A stretch of 64,000 nt of DNA from Thermoplasmatota archaeon (GTDB lineage Archaea; Thermoplasmatota; Poseidoniia; Poseidoniales; Thalassarchaeaceae): assembly GCA_030828405.1 (NCBI GenBank), contig JAURCP010000003.1, positions 73,460-137,459 of the forward strand, read 5' to 3'. Both the position numbers and the translations under genes were made by a program. The notes below the pieces were generated by a model. It was not told the DNA's origin and did no database searches. It saw only the letters and a program-made list of their open reading frames with translations. Below, piece after piece: positions 20,622 through 31,518 of the stretch (position 1 is its first letter; each line of letters starts with the position of its first letter).

Positions 20622-21404
20622 ATGACCGAAAACAGCAACCCCAGATTTGAGGTATGGTCTACAGTCGCTTGGGACGGCAAAGATTGTCTTTTAGCTGCGA
20701 ATTTACATTTCGATAGAATGGAGAGACATGCCCGTCGTCTTAATTTTTCTTTACCCGATAATTTTAGAAAAAGTATTTTCACAAAATTGAAAAATCTAAC
20801 TTTTTCTGAAACCTCTGTAGTCCAAGAAAATCAACCTCCTTATCTGGTAAAAATAGGTATAACCAATGAAGGAATTTTTTCTTTAATTCCTCGTTTGAAC
20901 CAACCGTGGCCAAGTATATTGAAGGCAATAACGGTTTCTGCCCCAATCTGGGATGGAGAAATAAGAGGGACAAAACATGGTGACTGGAAACCATATTTTG
21001 ACGCTAGAGAATTAGCTTTAGAGAACAATGCTGATATTTCCTTGTTAATTGAGAACGATAATTTAATCGATGGTGACAGATGTATGCCGATCATTCTTGA
21101 TATAGATGGTACCGCTTATTACCCAAGAATCGAAGAAGGTGCTTTAGATTCGATTACTTTAGAACAAATTAAGAAATGTTTAGAAAATTCAGGAATCCCT
21201 ATTAGTCCTGCGATTATAACTATGAATTTGATATTAAGAGCCAAGGAAATGATTGTTATTGGTAGTGGAATGGGTATCCAATCTTTGGGTGAAATCGATG
21301 GTAGGAAAATAGGGCTACCTCGCGGGCGATTATATGAATCTGCTATGTCTTGCTGGAAATATAGACTATCTAATGCATGGGAATCAATAGAACAAATGAG
21401 CTGA
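20622..21404 (+). CDS. Class IV aminotransferase-fold protein, probable aminodeoxychorismate lyase (PabC-like)
   Basis: 260-aa ORF. LHFDRMERHARRL resembles the class-IV N-terminal motif, and GTKHGDW sits where the PLP-lysine motif (G.KH) is expected. It lies 4 nt upstream of the pabB-pabA fusion. Confidence 0.55.
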   Translation: MTENSNPRFEVWSTVAWDGKDCLLAANLHFDRMERHARRLNFSLPDNFRKSIFTKLKNLTFSETSVVQENQPPYLVKIGITNEGIFSLIPRLNQPWPSILKAITVSAPIWDGEIRGTKHGDWKPYFDARELALENNADISLLIENDNLIDGDRCMPIILDIDGTAYYPRIEEGALDSITLEQIKKCLENSGIPISPAIITMNLILRAKEMIVIGSGMGIQSLGEIDGRKIGLPRGRLYESAMSCWKYRLSNAWESIEQMS

Positions 21405-21408
21405 TAAT

Positions 21409-23718
21409 ATGATACCAGAGTTTCGCACCTTTTCTAATTCTGTGGAAAACCCTATTGTTTCATTATTAGAAAAATACAGAGGTTCCGAACTTCCGAGTCA
21501 TGACGAACTTATCTTAAATTCTGGTGGCCCTGTTACAGATTTATCCGGTTACTCTTTTCTTCCCTGCTTACAAAGCGTACGTATATTATTTTTTGAACCT
21601 CTAAGTGAAACTGACTTAGATAATTCATCTGCACTCCAAGGGGATATTAAATTAGGTAATAATAATCTACTAACCATATTAGTTCAGAAATATAATTTGT
21701 CTGGCTGGGATACTGTGAATGAGTACCAAGTTGAGACACTCGAAAAGGCAATAAAAATCGCTGAAAGTTTAGAGTTACCATACCAGAATATTGCTGATTA
21801 CCCAATATTACCGGGAGGATTTACTGGCATTCTAGGTTATGACTTAAATAGATGGTCGGTTGGAATTAACTTAGATCATAATCCACAAGATGGAACCCTC
21901 TTAGGAGTTCTATGGAGATCTGATGCTTGGTGGATACATGATAGGAAGGCAGATCAATTAACTATAATTTCAGTCCCTAACCATCCTTGGTTAGAAGAAG
22001 CAAATAGTAATGGATTATCGATTATGGAGAATAATATCTTCTCACCATTAGAATCTTTTTCAGTACCGGAATCTGAAAGTGATGCATCCCATTCGAGAAA
22101 AGTTGATACAATTAAGGAAAGTATTCGACAAGGTCATTTTTATCAATTAAATTATGGAAGGAAATGGTCAGGCAATATGCCGAGCCATCCATGGCATGCA
22201 TTTCAGAGAATGATGGAAAGTAATCCCTCTCCATTCGCATCATGGCTATATGTTCACGACCATGGGTGGAGCATTGCTTCAGCAAGTCCAGAGCGACTTC
22301 TAAAAACTAACAAAGGAATAATTTCTACTAGACCTATCAAAGGAACTTATCCTAGAGGAAAAACTCTTGAAGAAGACAGGAATCTACAAATTGAGATGGT
22401 TTCATCAGAGAAAGAGATAGCTGAACATCTAATGTTAGTGGATCTCAAGAAACATGATTTATCTAAGATTTGTGAACCAGGTAGCGTACATTGGTCTGAT
22501 TTCCGTATAGAGGCATTATCTACAGTCCAACATTTAGTCAGTGGTGTATCTGGTAAGTTAATTTCTAATATTGATTTTGGTAAAATAATTTCTGCTTTAT
22601 TCCCTGGTGGTTCAATTACCGGCTGCCCAAAAATTGCTTCGATTGCCGCAATAAATGAGATAGAAGAATCACCAAGAGGCGCATGGACAGGGTCGATAGG
22701 GCACTTCCACTCAAACTCAGGAATATCCGAATTTAATATCTTAATCCGCACATTAGAATCACATTCGGGACCAAACCAGTGGCATGGTAGAGTTCAAGCA
22801 GGTGGAGGTATAGTGATTGGATCTAATTCTTCTTCTGAAGTAGAGGAAGCACGATGGAAAGCCGCAGCAATTACTGATTCAACTTGGGGTTTTAGGACCG
22901 GTTTTTCGATCGAAGAACTACCTAAAAGAGACGTAGAAATATTACCTATTCCTGAGATAAAAGGTCCTGTAAATGCGCTTAAACTAAAGGGTCCTCATAC
23001 AGGATCAAATATTGGTAACATTATCAGAGGTGATTCCGATATATCATTTCCAACCGATGTATTACTAATTGATAATTTAGATTCTTTTACGGAAAATATT
23101 GCAAATTCAATTGTTAAGTTGGGTTTCTCAGTTAGAATAGTTGACGGCCGCCCTAAAAGTCATTCTGATTCCACTACTAAAATCAAATATTGGTTAGAAA
23201 ATTTCACTCCTAAAAGTATCATTATTGGACCTGGACCTTCACGCCCCGAACAATCGCAAATAACTATGGAAATAGCCAAGTTAGCAGTCGAAGGTAAAAT
23301 TGTGACAGATGGAAAACACATCCCAGTACTTGGCTTATGTTTGGGCCATCAAGCCTTAGGCTTAGCTGTTGGTTGGGATTTGATTGAATCTCCGAAGGGA
23401 GCTATCCATGGAGTACCTTCAATTATTAAACATGATAAATATGGATTGTACACTAAATTAGATTCTCCCTTGATTTTAATGAGATATAATAGTCTTATTC
23501 TAATTCCAAAAAATGAATTTATGATTTGTGATGCTTGGGATAATGAAGAGAATTTAGTTATGGGAATTAGGCATCCAATATTCCCCGTCTTTGGAATTCA
23601 ATTCCACCCAGAGTCTGTGGGAAGTCCTCAGGGCTATGAACTAATTTTGTCTTTCCTTGAACAGGAACCAGTATTAATAGACCCAATTTCTAATAATCGT
23701 CAGGTTAGAAGACCGTAG
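21409..23718 (+). CDS. pabB: Aminodeoxychorismate synthase, fused component I (chorismate-binding, N-terminal) and glutamine amidotransferase (C-terminal)
   Basis: SPERLL...TRPIKGTYPRG (PIKGT with Lys, as in E. coli-type PabB, not the PIAGT of TrpE), LMLVDL, GSITGCPK. C-terminal GATase: LLIDNLDSFTENI, LGLCLGHQALG, GIQFHPES. Confidence 0.82.
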   Translation: MIPEFRTFSNSVENPIVSLLEKYRGSELPSHDELILNSGGPVTDLSGYSFLPCLQSVRILFFEPLSETDLDNSSALQGDIKLGNNNLLTILVQKYNLSGWDTVNEYQVETLEKAIKIAESLELPYQNIADYPILPGGFTGILGYDLNRWSVGINLDHNPQDGTLLGVLWRSDAWWIHDRKADQLTIISVPNHPWLEEANSNGLSIMENNIFSPLESFSVPESESDASHSRKVDTIKESIRQGHFYQLNYGRKWSGNMPSHPWHAFQRMMESNPSPFASWLYVHDHGWSIASASPERLLKTNKGIISTRPIKGTYPRGKTLEEDRNLQIEMVSSEKEIAEHLMLVDLKKHDLSKICEPGSVHWSDFRIEALSTVQHLVSGVSGKLISNIDFGKIISALFPGGSITGCPKIASIAAINEIEESPRGAWTGSIGHFHSNSGISEFNILIRTLESHSGPNQWHGRVQAGGGIVIGSNSSSEVEEARWKAAAITDSTWGFRTGFSIEELPKRDVEILPIPEIKGPVNALKLKGPHTGSNIGNIIRGDSDISFPTDVLLIDNLDSFTENIANSIVKLGFSVRIVDGRPKSHSDSTTKIKYWLENFTPKSIIIGPGPSRPEQSQITMEIAKLAVEGKIVTDGKHIPVLGLCLGHQALGLAVGWDLIESPKGAIHGVPSIIKHDKYGLYTKLDSPLILMRYNSLILIPKNEFMICDAWDNEENLVMGIRHPIFPVFGIQFHPESVGSPQGYELILSFLEQEPVLIDPISNNRQVRRP

Positions 23719-23757
23719 CCTTGAATTAGCAATCCATAGTGGGCAAGTTGAAAGAAC

Positions 23758-24120
23758 ATGGCATATTGTAGGTTGTGTAAACAAAATTATCCTCAGAATC
23801 AATTTGTGAGCGGTAATGGTCCTCGTTATCTTGTATGTGCAAGATGTGCAATTGAGCATGATCTCGCAGATGAAGATGAAGTCCCTCAGTTATATTCTGA
23901 TGATTTAGTTAAAGCTAGATTTGCACTTTTTAGTAGAAGATATAGACTTTGGCTCGCCCTTCTAACTGGATGGACTCTATACTTTACATTGGGTAACGAT
24001 ATCGAACTCTGGTCAGGTTTATTCTTTATCGCATTGGTAATCGGAACTATCTCCACCCCTGTCTTGTATTTCTTAGGTTCAGCACGTTTTAATGCAGAAT
24101 TATCAAAACTATCTCCTTGA
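23758..24120 (+). CDS. Small zinc-ribbon membrane protein (hypothetical)
   Basis: 120-aa ORF. N-terminal CRLC...CARC pair, then two hydrophobic helices (LWLALLTGWTLYFTL; LFFIALVIGTISTPVLYFLG). Confidence 0.45.
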   Translation: MAYCRLCKQNYPQNQFVSGNGPRYLVCARCAIEHDLADEDEVPQLYSDDLVKARFALFSRRYRLWLALLTGWTLYFTLGNDIELWSGLFFIALVIGTISTPVLYFLGSARFNAELSKLSP

Positions 24121-24428
24121 TACCAATTCGGGAATCCTTGAAATAGTGTATACCCACCTCTCACCTTAGAGGGAACAGAGGGTTCCCTATGAAAGCCCGC
24201 GAGATTGGATACGAAATTAGGAGGAGTTGAATAAATTAAAATAGTTTTTTAAGAAATAAAAAAAAGACGCAGTATAGCGTTTTTATAGTAATTCTTAATC
24301 AATATTCAACTCTTTTTCTAATAATACCGGCTCTCCCGAATAATAGTTTATCATAACACATGCGTGAGCATTATCGGAAAGAGAGAACAGCGGGTACTCT
24401 ATAACTAAATTTTAAGGAAGTAAAAAAA

Positions 24429-26108
<1,680 letters not shown>

Positions 26109-26166
26109 TTAGAAAATTGGATGACTAGATTGTTTTGCTAGCCTGCAACATCCTAGATGTCATGCA

Positions 26167-26209
26167 GCGACAGACTCCCCTAGGGCGATTAAGTCCTAGG
26201 GTGAGTCGC
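26167..26209. terminator. GC-rich imperfect hairpin between convergent genes (candidate bidirectional terminator)
   Basis: GCGAC...CCCTAGG-(loop cgattaagt)-CCTAGGG...GTCGC, followed by CCTTTT on the plus strand. It sits in the 108-nt spacer between the stops at 26108 (+) and 26217 (-). Confidence 0.35.
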
Positions 26210-26216
26210 AACCTTT

Positions 26217-27221
26217 TCAAAAATCAAATAATGTAGGTTGACTATCAGACTTCAGTCTATTAGAATTAGCTAATCTGGTAATTGCTCTTGAAATTCTCTT
26301 ATCACTAAATCCTCTAGATTTAGCGAATTGTGTGAGTTTCTCTTCATTTGATTTAGATGAATCCGGCAATGGGTGAGAATGTACTGGATGATTTCTAAAT
26401 AATTCTCTAATTTCTGCTAGATTTTCAGGTAAATCAAACCCTTTTTCAATCGAAACATTTTCCATTGTTCCATACTTTTTAATTAACTTAAGTCCGGTTT
26501 TTGGACCAATACCTCTAATTCCTTCATGGAAATCAGTCCCAATCATTATTCCTAGGTCGACCAATTGCTCATAATTTATTTCATGCATTTCTAGCAAATC
26601 TTGTAATACTATTTTTTCAGCTTGTAATACTCTTCCAAATTTTCTTGTTCCGTGAGATGTCAGATTTCTAATCATCACAGGCGCTCCATAAAGCAGCGTA
26701 TCCCAATCTTGACTTGCTACAGCAAAAACTTCCTTATTTCTACATCTTACAGCGGCAGCTCCTTCTGCTTCCATTGGTGCTTCTAACCAGGTAACTCCTA
26801 AACAATCAAACAACTCCTGTGTTTCAGCTACCATTTCTCTAGTATATTCTGCAGTTTGTGGACCTAATTTCTTAGCTGCTGCTAGATCTCCGGATTCAAT
26901 TGCAGCCTCCCATTTAGAAACTGCATTTATTTTCCTCTCTTTCCTAGTACCCAATGTTTCCATCTTTAGTTGATGAGGCTTACCATCAAAAACAAATACA
27001 GGATCAATTCCTTCTTCAATCATTATTGTGGCTCTATCTAAGAACCCCATTAAATGTGCTACCGGCTTCCCATTATACGATAATGGCTTACCATCTTGAC
27101 CGGTAAGACTCGTGATGAATTGGTAGGCATTAAGAAAAACATCTACAGCAACTTTCTCTCCTTTTAGTTCACTTAAATCGATAGGTTGAGAAGGTGCTAG
27201 GTCTCTTAGATTACAGCCCAT
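26217..27221 (-). CDS. fen: Flap endonuclease 1 (FEN-1)
   Basis: From the internal ATG at 27221: MGCNLRDLAPSQPIDLSELKGEKVAVDVFLNAYQF (XPG-N), FVFDGKPHQLK, GIRGIGPKTGLKLIKKYG (H3TH), and a C-terminal PIP-like QPTLFDF. The ORF-track start at 27299 adds 26 non-homologous residues. Confidence 0.93.
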   Translation of the reverse strand: MGCNLRDLAPSQPIDLSELKGEKVAVDVFLNAYQFITSLTGQDGKPLSYNGKPVAHLMGFLDRATIMIEEGIDPVFVFDGKPHQLKMETLGTRKERKINAVSKWEAAIESGDLAAAKKLGPQTAEYTREMVAETQELFDCLGVTWLEAPMEAEGAAAVRCRNKEVFAVASQDWDTLLYGAPVMIRNLTSHGTRKFGRVLQAEKIVLQDLLEMHEINYEQLVDLGIMIGTDFHEGIRGIGPKTGLKLIKKYGTMENVSIEKGFDLPENLAEIRELFRNHPVHSHPLPDSSKSNEEKLTQFAKSRGFSDKRISRAITRLANSNRLKSDSQPTLFDF

Positions 27222-27310
27222 GGTTGTCCCGCTCCTCAGTTGATATGCTATGGCCGACGTCGAGGCATTTAGGGTTGAAGTCGTACACGCGTGAAACATA
27301 GGGTGCTGAA

Positions 27311-28447
27311 ATGTCGCAAAGTCTCCTCCTTGGTAGTGGTTGGCATCCTCCTTTATTTCGTTCAGAAATTAATGCATTATTTGGAGATTTGAAAGTATTA
27401 CATCCAAGAATAGTATTACTTGACGAATCAATAGATGACATTTTTCTTACTAGAGTTTCTAGAGCAGCTTTAGTAGATGATTTACTACATTTCGGCGGGC
27501 ATTCCTATGATTCAGACTTCGACTCAATAGTTAACGAGATTTCTAATTGGTGCAAAGAAAATTTGCTTCCAGGAAGTTTTGCTGTTAGGAGTAAAAAACT
27601 TGGTTCGGGTATAGAAAATATTTCTCGTAGAGACTTAGAAAAAGAAGTAGGTGCAGTATTATTTTCAGAGAAAAACCCAGTCAATCTTCACGATCCGGAT
27701 TTTGAAGTTGTCATTATAGTTGCAGGTGAAGTTGAAGGAGAAGTGCATAGGGATTCTCTTTTTACAGATCCTTGTATCGTTTGGGGAATTAGAGAGAATA
27801 ATTGGGAAAAAACGAATTATATCGGCCGCCAACCAATGGAAAGACCATTCTTTAAGCCAATTTCTCTAGAACCAAGATTAGCTAAATTATTAATTTCACT
27901 CGCTCATAGGAAAGGAACAACTCCACAAAATTTTATTGACCCATTTTGTGGAACAGGAGGTATAGCAATAGAAGCTCTAATTCAAAGAATGGATATATTT
28001 GTCAGTGATTTAGATCCTACTATGGTTCATGGTGTCAAGAAGAATTTATCTTGGGCTAATGATAATGAGGAAAATATAATACAAGTTGAGAAATGTAGTG
28101 TAAAGGATATTGTAGATTTATGGGGTTCCAAAGAAAATAGCATATTTGTCTTTGACCCACCCTATGGGAGGAATGCTTGGAAATCAGATGATGGCTTGGA
28201 ATTATTCCTTTCTGCACTTGAACAGGCACTAATAATAGATCCTAATTCAGTAATATCAACTATGTTACCTGCTGGCTCAGAGTCACTCGAGAATAATCCT
28301 GATACTGATTATATCGTAATGGGCCGTCCTTGGAGTGAGATTCAAAAAGAGGTTAACAAAAGAGGTTGGAAAGTTTATCTACGTTCTCCGGTAAAAGTTC
28401 ACAAGAGTTTAGCCCGTATGGTTGTTGTTTGCCATCCGTTGCATTGA
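27311..28447 (+). CDS. THUMP-domain tRNA (guanine-N2) methyltransferase (Trm11/Trm14 family)
   Basis: THUMP-like N-terminal half (FAVRSKKLGSG...DPDFEVVIIVAGE). MTase motif I DPFCGTGGIAIEA and catalytic VFDPPYG. Confidence 0.85.
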   Translation: MSQSLLLGSGWHPPLFRSEINALFGDLKVLHPRIVLLDESIDDIFLTRVSRAALVDDLLHFGGHSYDSDFDSIVNEISNWCKENLLPGSFAVRSKKLGSGIENISRRDLEKEVGAVLFSEKNPVNLHDPDFEVVIIVAGEVEGEVHRDSLFTDPCIVWGIRENNWEKTNYIGRQPMERPFFKPISLEPRLAKLLISLAHRKGTTPQNFIDPFCGTGGIAIEALIQRMDIFVSDLDPTMVHGVKKNLSWANDNEENIIQVEKCSVKDIVDLWGSKENSIFVFDPPYGRNAWKSDDGLELFLSALEQALIIDPNSVISTMLPAGSESLENNPDTDYIVMGRPWSEIQKEVNKRGWKVYLRSPVKVHKSLARMVVVCHPLH

Positions 28448-28477
28448 AATCAGATTACCCTCGCACAGACAATTACT

Positions 28478-28552
28478 GGGCTGTTAGTTTAGTGGATAAA
28501 ATGGGGCGCTTCGGACGCCTTGCCCCGGGTTCGAATCCTGGACGGCCCACCA
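28478..28552 (+). tRNA. tRNA-Arg (anticodon TCG), CCA encoded
   Basis: Hand-folded cloverleaf. Acceptor GGGCTGT/ACGGCCC (one G-U), D stem GTTT/AAAT, anticodon stem GGGCG/CGCCT with loop CTTCGGA, T arm CCGGG-TTCGAAT-CCTGG, discriminator A then CCA. Confidence 0.9.
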
Positions 28553-28586
28553 TTAAATAGAAATTATTTATTCTGGGAGTTGTTAT

Positions 28587-28814
28587 CTAATTTCTTTCTT
28601 TTTTGATTTGTTTGAATAATACTCTTGAGAAAATCATTGAGAATCCTAGGAATAACCACCATGGTATACTTGTTCCTCTATCAATGAAATATGTTACAAT
28701 GAGTATTCCAAAGCCATAAAATGCTCTGAATATTGAAAAAGCGATAAATGATTTAACAAGCTTATTCTCGAGAAAACTCTGGGTTTTTGTTCCACTCATT
28801 AGTTTCTCTCCCAT
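28587..28814 (-). CDS. Small two-TM membrane protein (hypothetical)
   Basis: 75-aa ORF with two hydrophobic helices. Overlaps the ribD 3' end by 16 nt. No family recognised. Confidence 0.4.
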   Translation of the reverse strand: MGEKLMSGTKTQSFLENKLVKSFIAFSIFRAFYGFGILIVTYFIDRGTSIPWWLFLGFSMIFSRVLFKQIKKERN

Positions 28815-29878
28815 TTAGTGATAATATCATTACCTAATGTTATTTCTTCTTTCAAAACTAATCCTGCTTCTTCAAGATGACTTTTGTAGAAATAATCTTC
28901 ATTTTGTGCATCTAACTCTATGTTAGAAATACAAAGATGGGCTGAATCGACTAATTTCTGTTCTAAGAAACGTTTCCAAGTTTCTAGCCCTCCTTCAACT
29001 AACAAAGTTTGAACTTCTAAATCGCCCAAGCAGTGTAGAATTTTTTTAACATCTATATCTCCATATTCTGTAGGTAAAACTATTCTATTAACATGAGCCT
29101 TATCTTTGGTTGTATCATATTTTTTGGCATTAATTAGGTATGTTTCAGCATCCGGAGTTGTCATTAATTGACAATCAATCGGAATCCGATTATTTGGATC
29201 GATAACTACTCTTTTTGGTACTATATCAGCAGAACCTTTTTTTCCTCTAACTGTTAATTTAGGATCATCTCTGATCACAGTATTTACTCCTACAATTATT
29301 GCCATAGAATCTCTTCTAATTTCATGAACCATTTCTAATGCTTTCTTCGTTGAAAATCTAACAGCAGGTTTTCCAGGATCTCCATCTATTCTACCATTAT
29401 TATCTGTTGCCGCCTTAAGTAACACGTGCGGTGTTCTATGTTCGCACCAATGCATGAATGCTGACATTTGGGCGTAGCATTCTTCTTCAAGTAAGCCAAT
29501 CTCAACTTCAATACCTTCTTTTGATAGCGCATCTACACCGCCTCCCCTGACTGTAGGATTTGGATCTGCAACACCGATAATTACTTTTTTTACACCTGCC
29601 CACATCAAAGCCTCGCTACAAGGAGGAGTTCTCCCAAAGTGGTTACAAGGTTCTAGTGTGACATACGCAATAGAACCTTGAGTCTCAACACCCCTTGCTT
29701 CAGCATCGGCAATAGCCATTTGTTCTGCATGAAGCCCTCCAAGATGATCGTGCCAGCCCTCAGCGATTATTCCTCCATCTCTAACTAATACGCAACCAAC
29801 TAGCGGATTTGGGCGAACTGCAAAACGTCCCTTTTCCGCTAATTCAATTGCTCTGCGCATGAAAAACTCGTCTTGCAT
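28799..29878 (-). CDS. ribD: Bifunctional riboflavin biosynthesis protein RibD (pyrimidine deaminase / uracil reductase)
   Basis: CMP/dCMP-type deaminase zinc motifs HAEQMAI and TLEPCNHFGRTPPC. C-terminal RibD reductase domain (KAATDNNGRIDG, LLVEGG). Confidence 0.93.
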   Translation of the reverse strand: MQDEFFMRRAIELAEKGRFAVRPNPLVGCVLVRDGGIIAEGWHDHLGGLHAEQMAIADAEARGVETQGSIAYVTLEPCNHFGRTPPCSEALMWAGVKKVIIGVADPNPTVRGGGVDALSKEGIEVEIGLLEEECYAQMSAFMHWCEHRTPHVLLKAATDNNGRIDGDPGKPAVRFSTKKALEMVHEIRRDSMAIIVGVNTVIRDDPKLTVRGKKGSADIVPKRVVIDPNNRIPIDCQLMTTPDAETYLINAKKYDTTKDKAHVNRIVLPTEYGDIDVKKILHCLGDLEVQTLLVEGGLETWKRFLEQKLVDSAHLCISNIELDAQNEDYFYKSHLEEAGLVLKEEITLGNDIITKWERN

Positions 29879-29966
29879 ACGTCTCCCTCACGGCGTTCGA
29901 AGTATTCTTTATACAAGATTCCTCGCTTTGCGAGCATTCAAGTCTTAAATCCTCACTCAGATAGAC

Positions 29967-31013
29967 GTGACACGTATTGCATGCATCCTAAATCCAAAGG
30001 CCCGAGATGGTTTATCATTGAAACAGTGGGACACATTTTTACCTGCACTAGAAGAAGTTGGATTTGAGATTTCGTTGTATAAAACCGAATATCCTGGGCA
30101 TGCTACTGAGATTTCCAATAATCTTGTTAACGAGGAATATGAACTTGTAGTGGCAGTAGGAGGCGATGGAACTGTTCATGAGGTAGCCTCTGGATTGAGA
30201 GGCTCTAAGACACCTCTTGGTATTCTTCCTATTGGTAGTGGTAATGACTATGCTAGGGCGCATGGTATTCCAATTCCAAGAGGTAAAAAATACCCTGGAA
30301 TGAAAGAAGCGATTAATATTCTAAGTAACGGAGTTGACCGAACAGTTGGTGCAGTTAGAGTTGAAGGGAGGCCCGCTATTGGGCATCATTCGATTCCAGA
30401 TCCACAGCATCATTCAGTTGATGGAACTCCTGAAAAAGAAGGATATATGGTTCGCTGGAGCTTCCTAGAAGTTGATAGTGGAGTAACGTCGGTAGTTAAT
30501 AGAATGAAAAATGAAGGTAAATTCAAGTGGATTAGAGGACAATTAAAATATACATTTCTAGGAATTAGTGCAGTTTTGGGGTGGAAAAAACAGAGCGGAT
30601 GGATAAAAATCGATGATAATCCTGGAGAAGTAATTGAATTTTCAGGACTTTTCTGTCTATCCCAATGTCAAACATTTGGAGGAGGATACAAAGTAACTCC
30701 AGGAGCTTCTCCAGTCCATTCTAGCCCCTCTTTATTGCTAGCATTCGGCCTTTCAAAAATTCAAATGCTTATGGTAATGGGACCTTTACAGAAAGGGACA
30801 CATGTTGGTAAATGGGGTAAAATAAGTATGCAATCTTCGTCTTCTCTCGAAGTTAAATCTGTAAACTCTCAAGGACAACCAACAGAAGAAAGCCACAATC
30901 CAACAATGTATGTCAACGTTGACGGTGAAGCGGTATTAACTACACCAGTGTCAATGAAGTATCATGATAATCAGATTACAGTACGCGGTGCTAAATCAAT
31001 TCCTAATGAGTGA
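29967..31013 (+). CDS. Diacylglycerol kinase-family lipid kinase (YegS/BmrU-like)
   Basis: GTG start. ILNPKARDG, VAVGGDGTVHEV, GILPIGSGNDYAR. Confidence 0.85.
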   Translation: MTRIACILNPKARDGLSLKQWDTFLPALEEVGFEISLYKTEYPGHATEISNNLVNEEYELVVAVGGDGTVHEVASGLRGSKTPLGILPIGSGNDYARAHGIPIPRGKKYPGMKEAINILSNGVDRTVGAVRVEGRPAIGHHSIPDPQHHSVDGTPEKEGYMVRWSFLEVDSGVTSVVNRMKNEGKFKWIRGQLKYTFLGISAVLGWKKQSGWIKIDDNPGEVIEFSGLFCLSQCQTFGGGYKVTPGASPVHSSPSLLLAFGLSKIQMLMVMGPLQKGTHVGKWGKISMQSSSSLEVKSVNSQGQPTEESHNPTMYVNVDGEAVLTTPVSMKYHDNQITVRGAKSIPNE

Positions 31014-31016
31014 TAG

Positions 31017-31102
31017 TGGCGCCGAGAGAGGGATTTGAACCCCCGCGTCCAATGGACAGTGGATTTCAAATCCACCGCAATACCGGGCTATGCGATCTCG
31101 GC
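31017..31102 (-). tRNA. tRNA-Ser (anticodon TGA), CCA encoded
   Basis: Minus-strand fold. Acceptor GCCGAGA/TCTCGGC, anticodon stem GTGGA/TCCAC with loop TTTGAAA, long variable arm (GTCC-att-GGAC), T arm GGGGG-TTCAAAT-CCCTC, discriminator G then CCA. Confidence 0.9.
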
Positions 31103-31145
31103 CGCGCTCTATCGAATCACTCATTAGAAATGAACTTTACAATCA

Positions 31146-31517
31146 TCAATTGTAAAATCCAGGTCTACACCATTCAGGCAATCCAGTGGTTGCTTCTGGG
31201 TGGGTTAATCCGATGAAAAGTATCATTACAATAATGAAAAATGCAGGAAATAATGCAGTTAATGTGAGTATTTTTGAATCTTCATCTCCCCATAAATGCA
31301 TAAATATTGCAGCGATCATAATAAATTTTGGAAGCCCTATCCCTACTAAAATGAATAAGGTTAATTCTTTCTCAGTGTAACTAAGACCGGTAGTTTCAGG
31401 CGATAAATCTAAGCCTACAGCCGCTACTTCAATCAAAGTTAGAATCATCAATCCAAAAAAGTTCATCCAGTACAAATCTTTACCCATTATTGTTTTGTGT
31501 TCGCCCATTTTTTTCAC
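31146..31517 (-). CDS. Cytochrome c oxidase subunit IV-like small membrane protein
   Basis: 123-aa ORF with 3 TM helices, directly after coxIII. The segment KFIMIAAIFMHL resembles the prokaryotic COX4 family motif (..ALVALYFMHL). Confidence 0.55.
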   Translation of the reverse strand: MKKMGEHKTIMGKDLYWMNFFGLMILTLIEVAAVGLDLSPETTGLSYTEKELTLFILVGIGLPKFIMIAAIFMHLWGDEDSKILTLTALFPAFFIIVMILFIGLTHPEATTGLPEWCRPGFYN

Positions 31518-31518
31518 C

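Noticed and set aside
28478-31102. tRNA-Arg and tRNA-Ser as boundaries of a genomic island
   Set aside because: The genes between them (ribD, a lipid kinase, a small membrane ORF) are ordinary. There is no integrase, no repeated tRNA 3' fragment and no obvious compositional shift.
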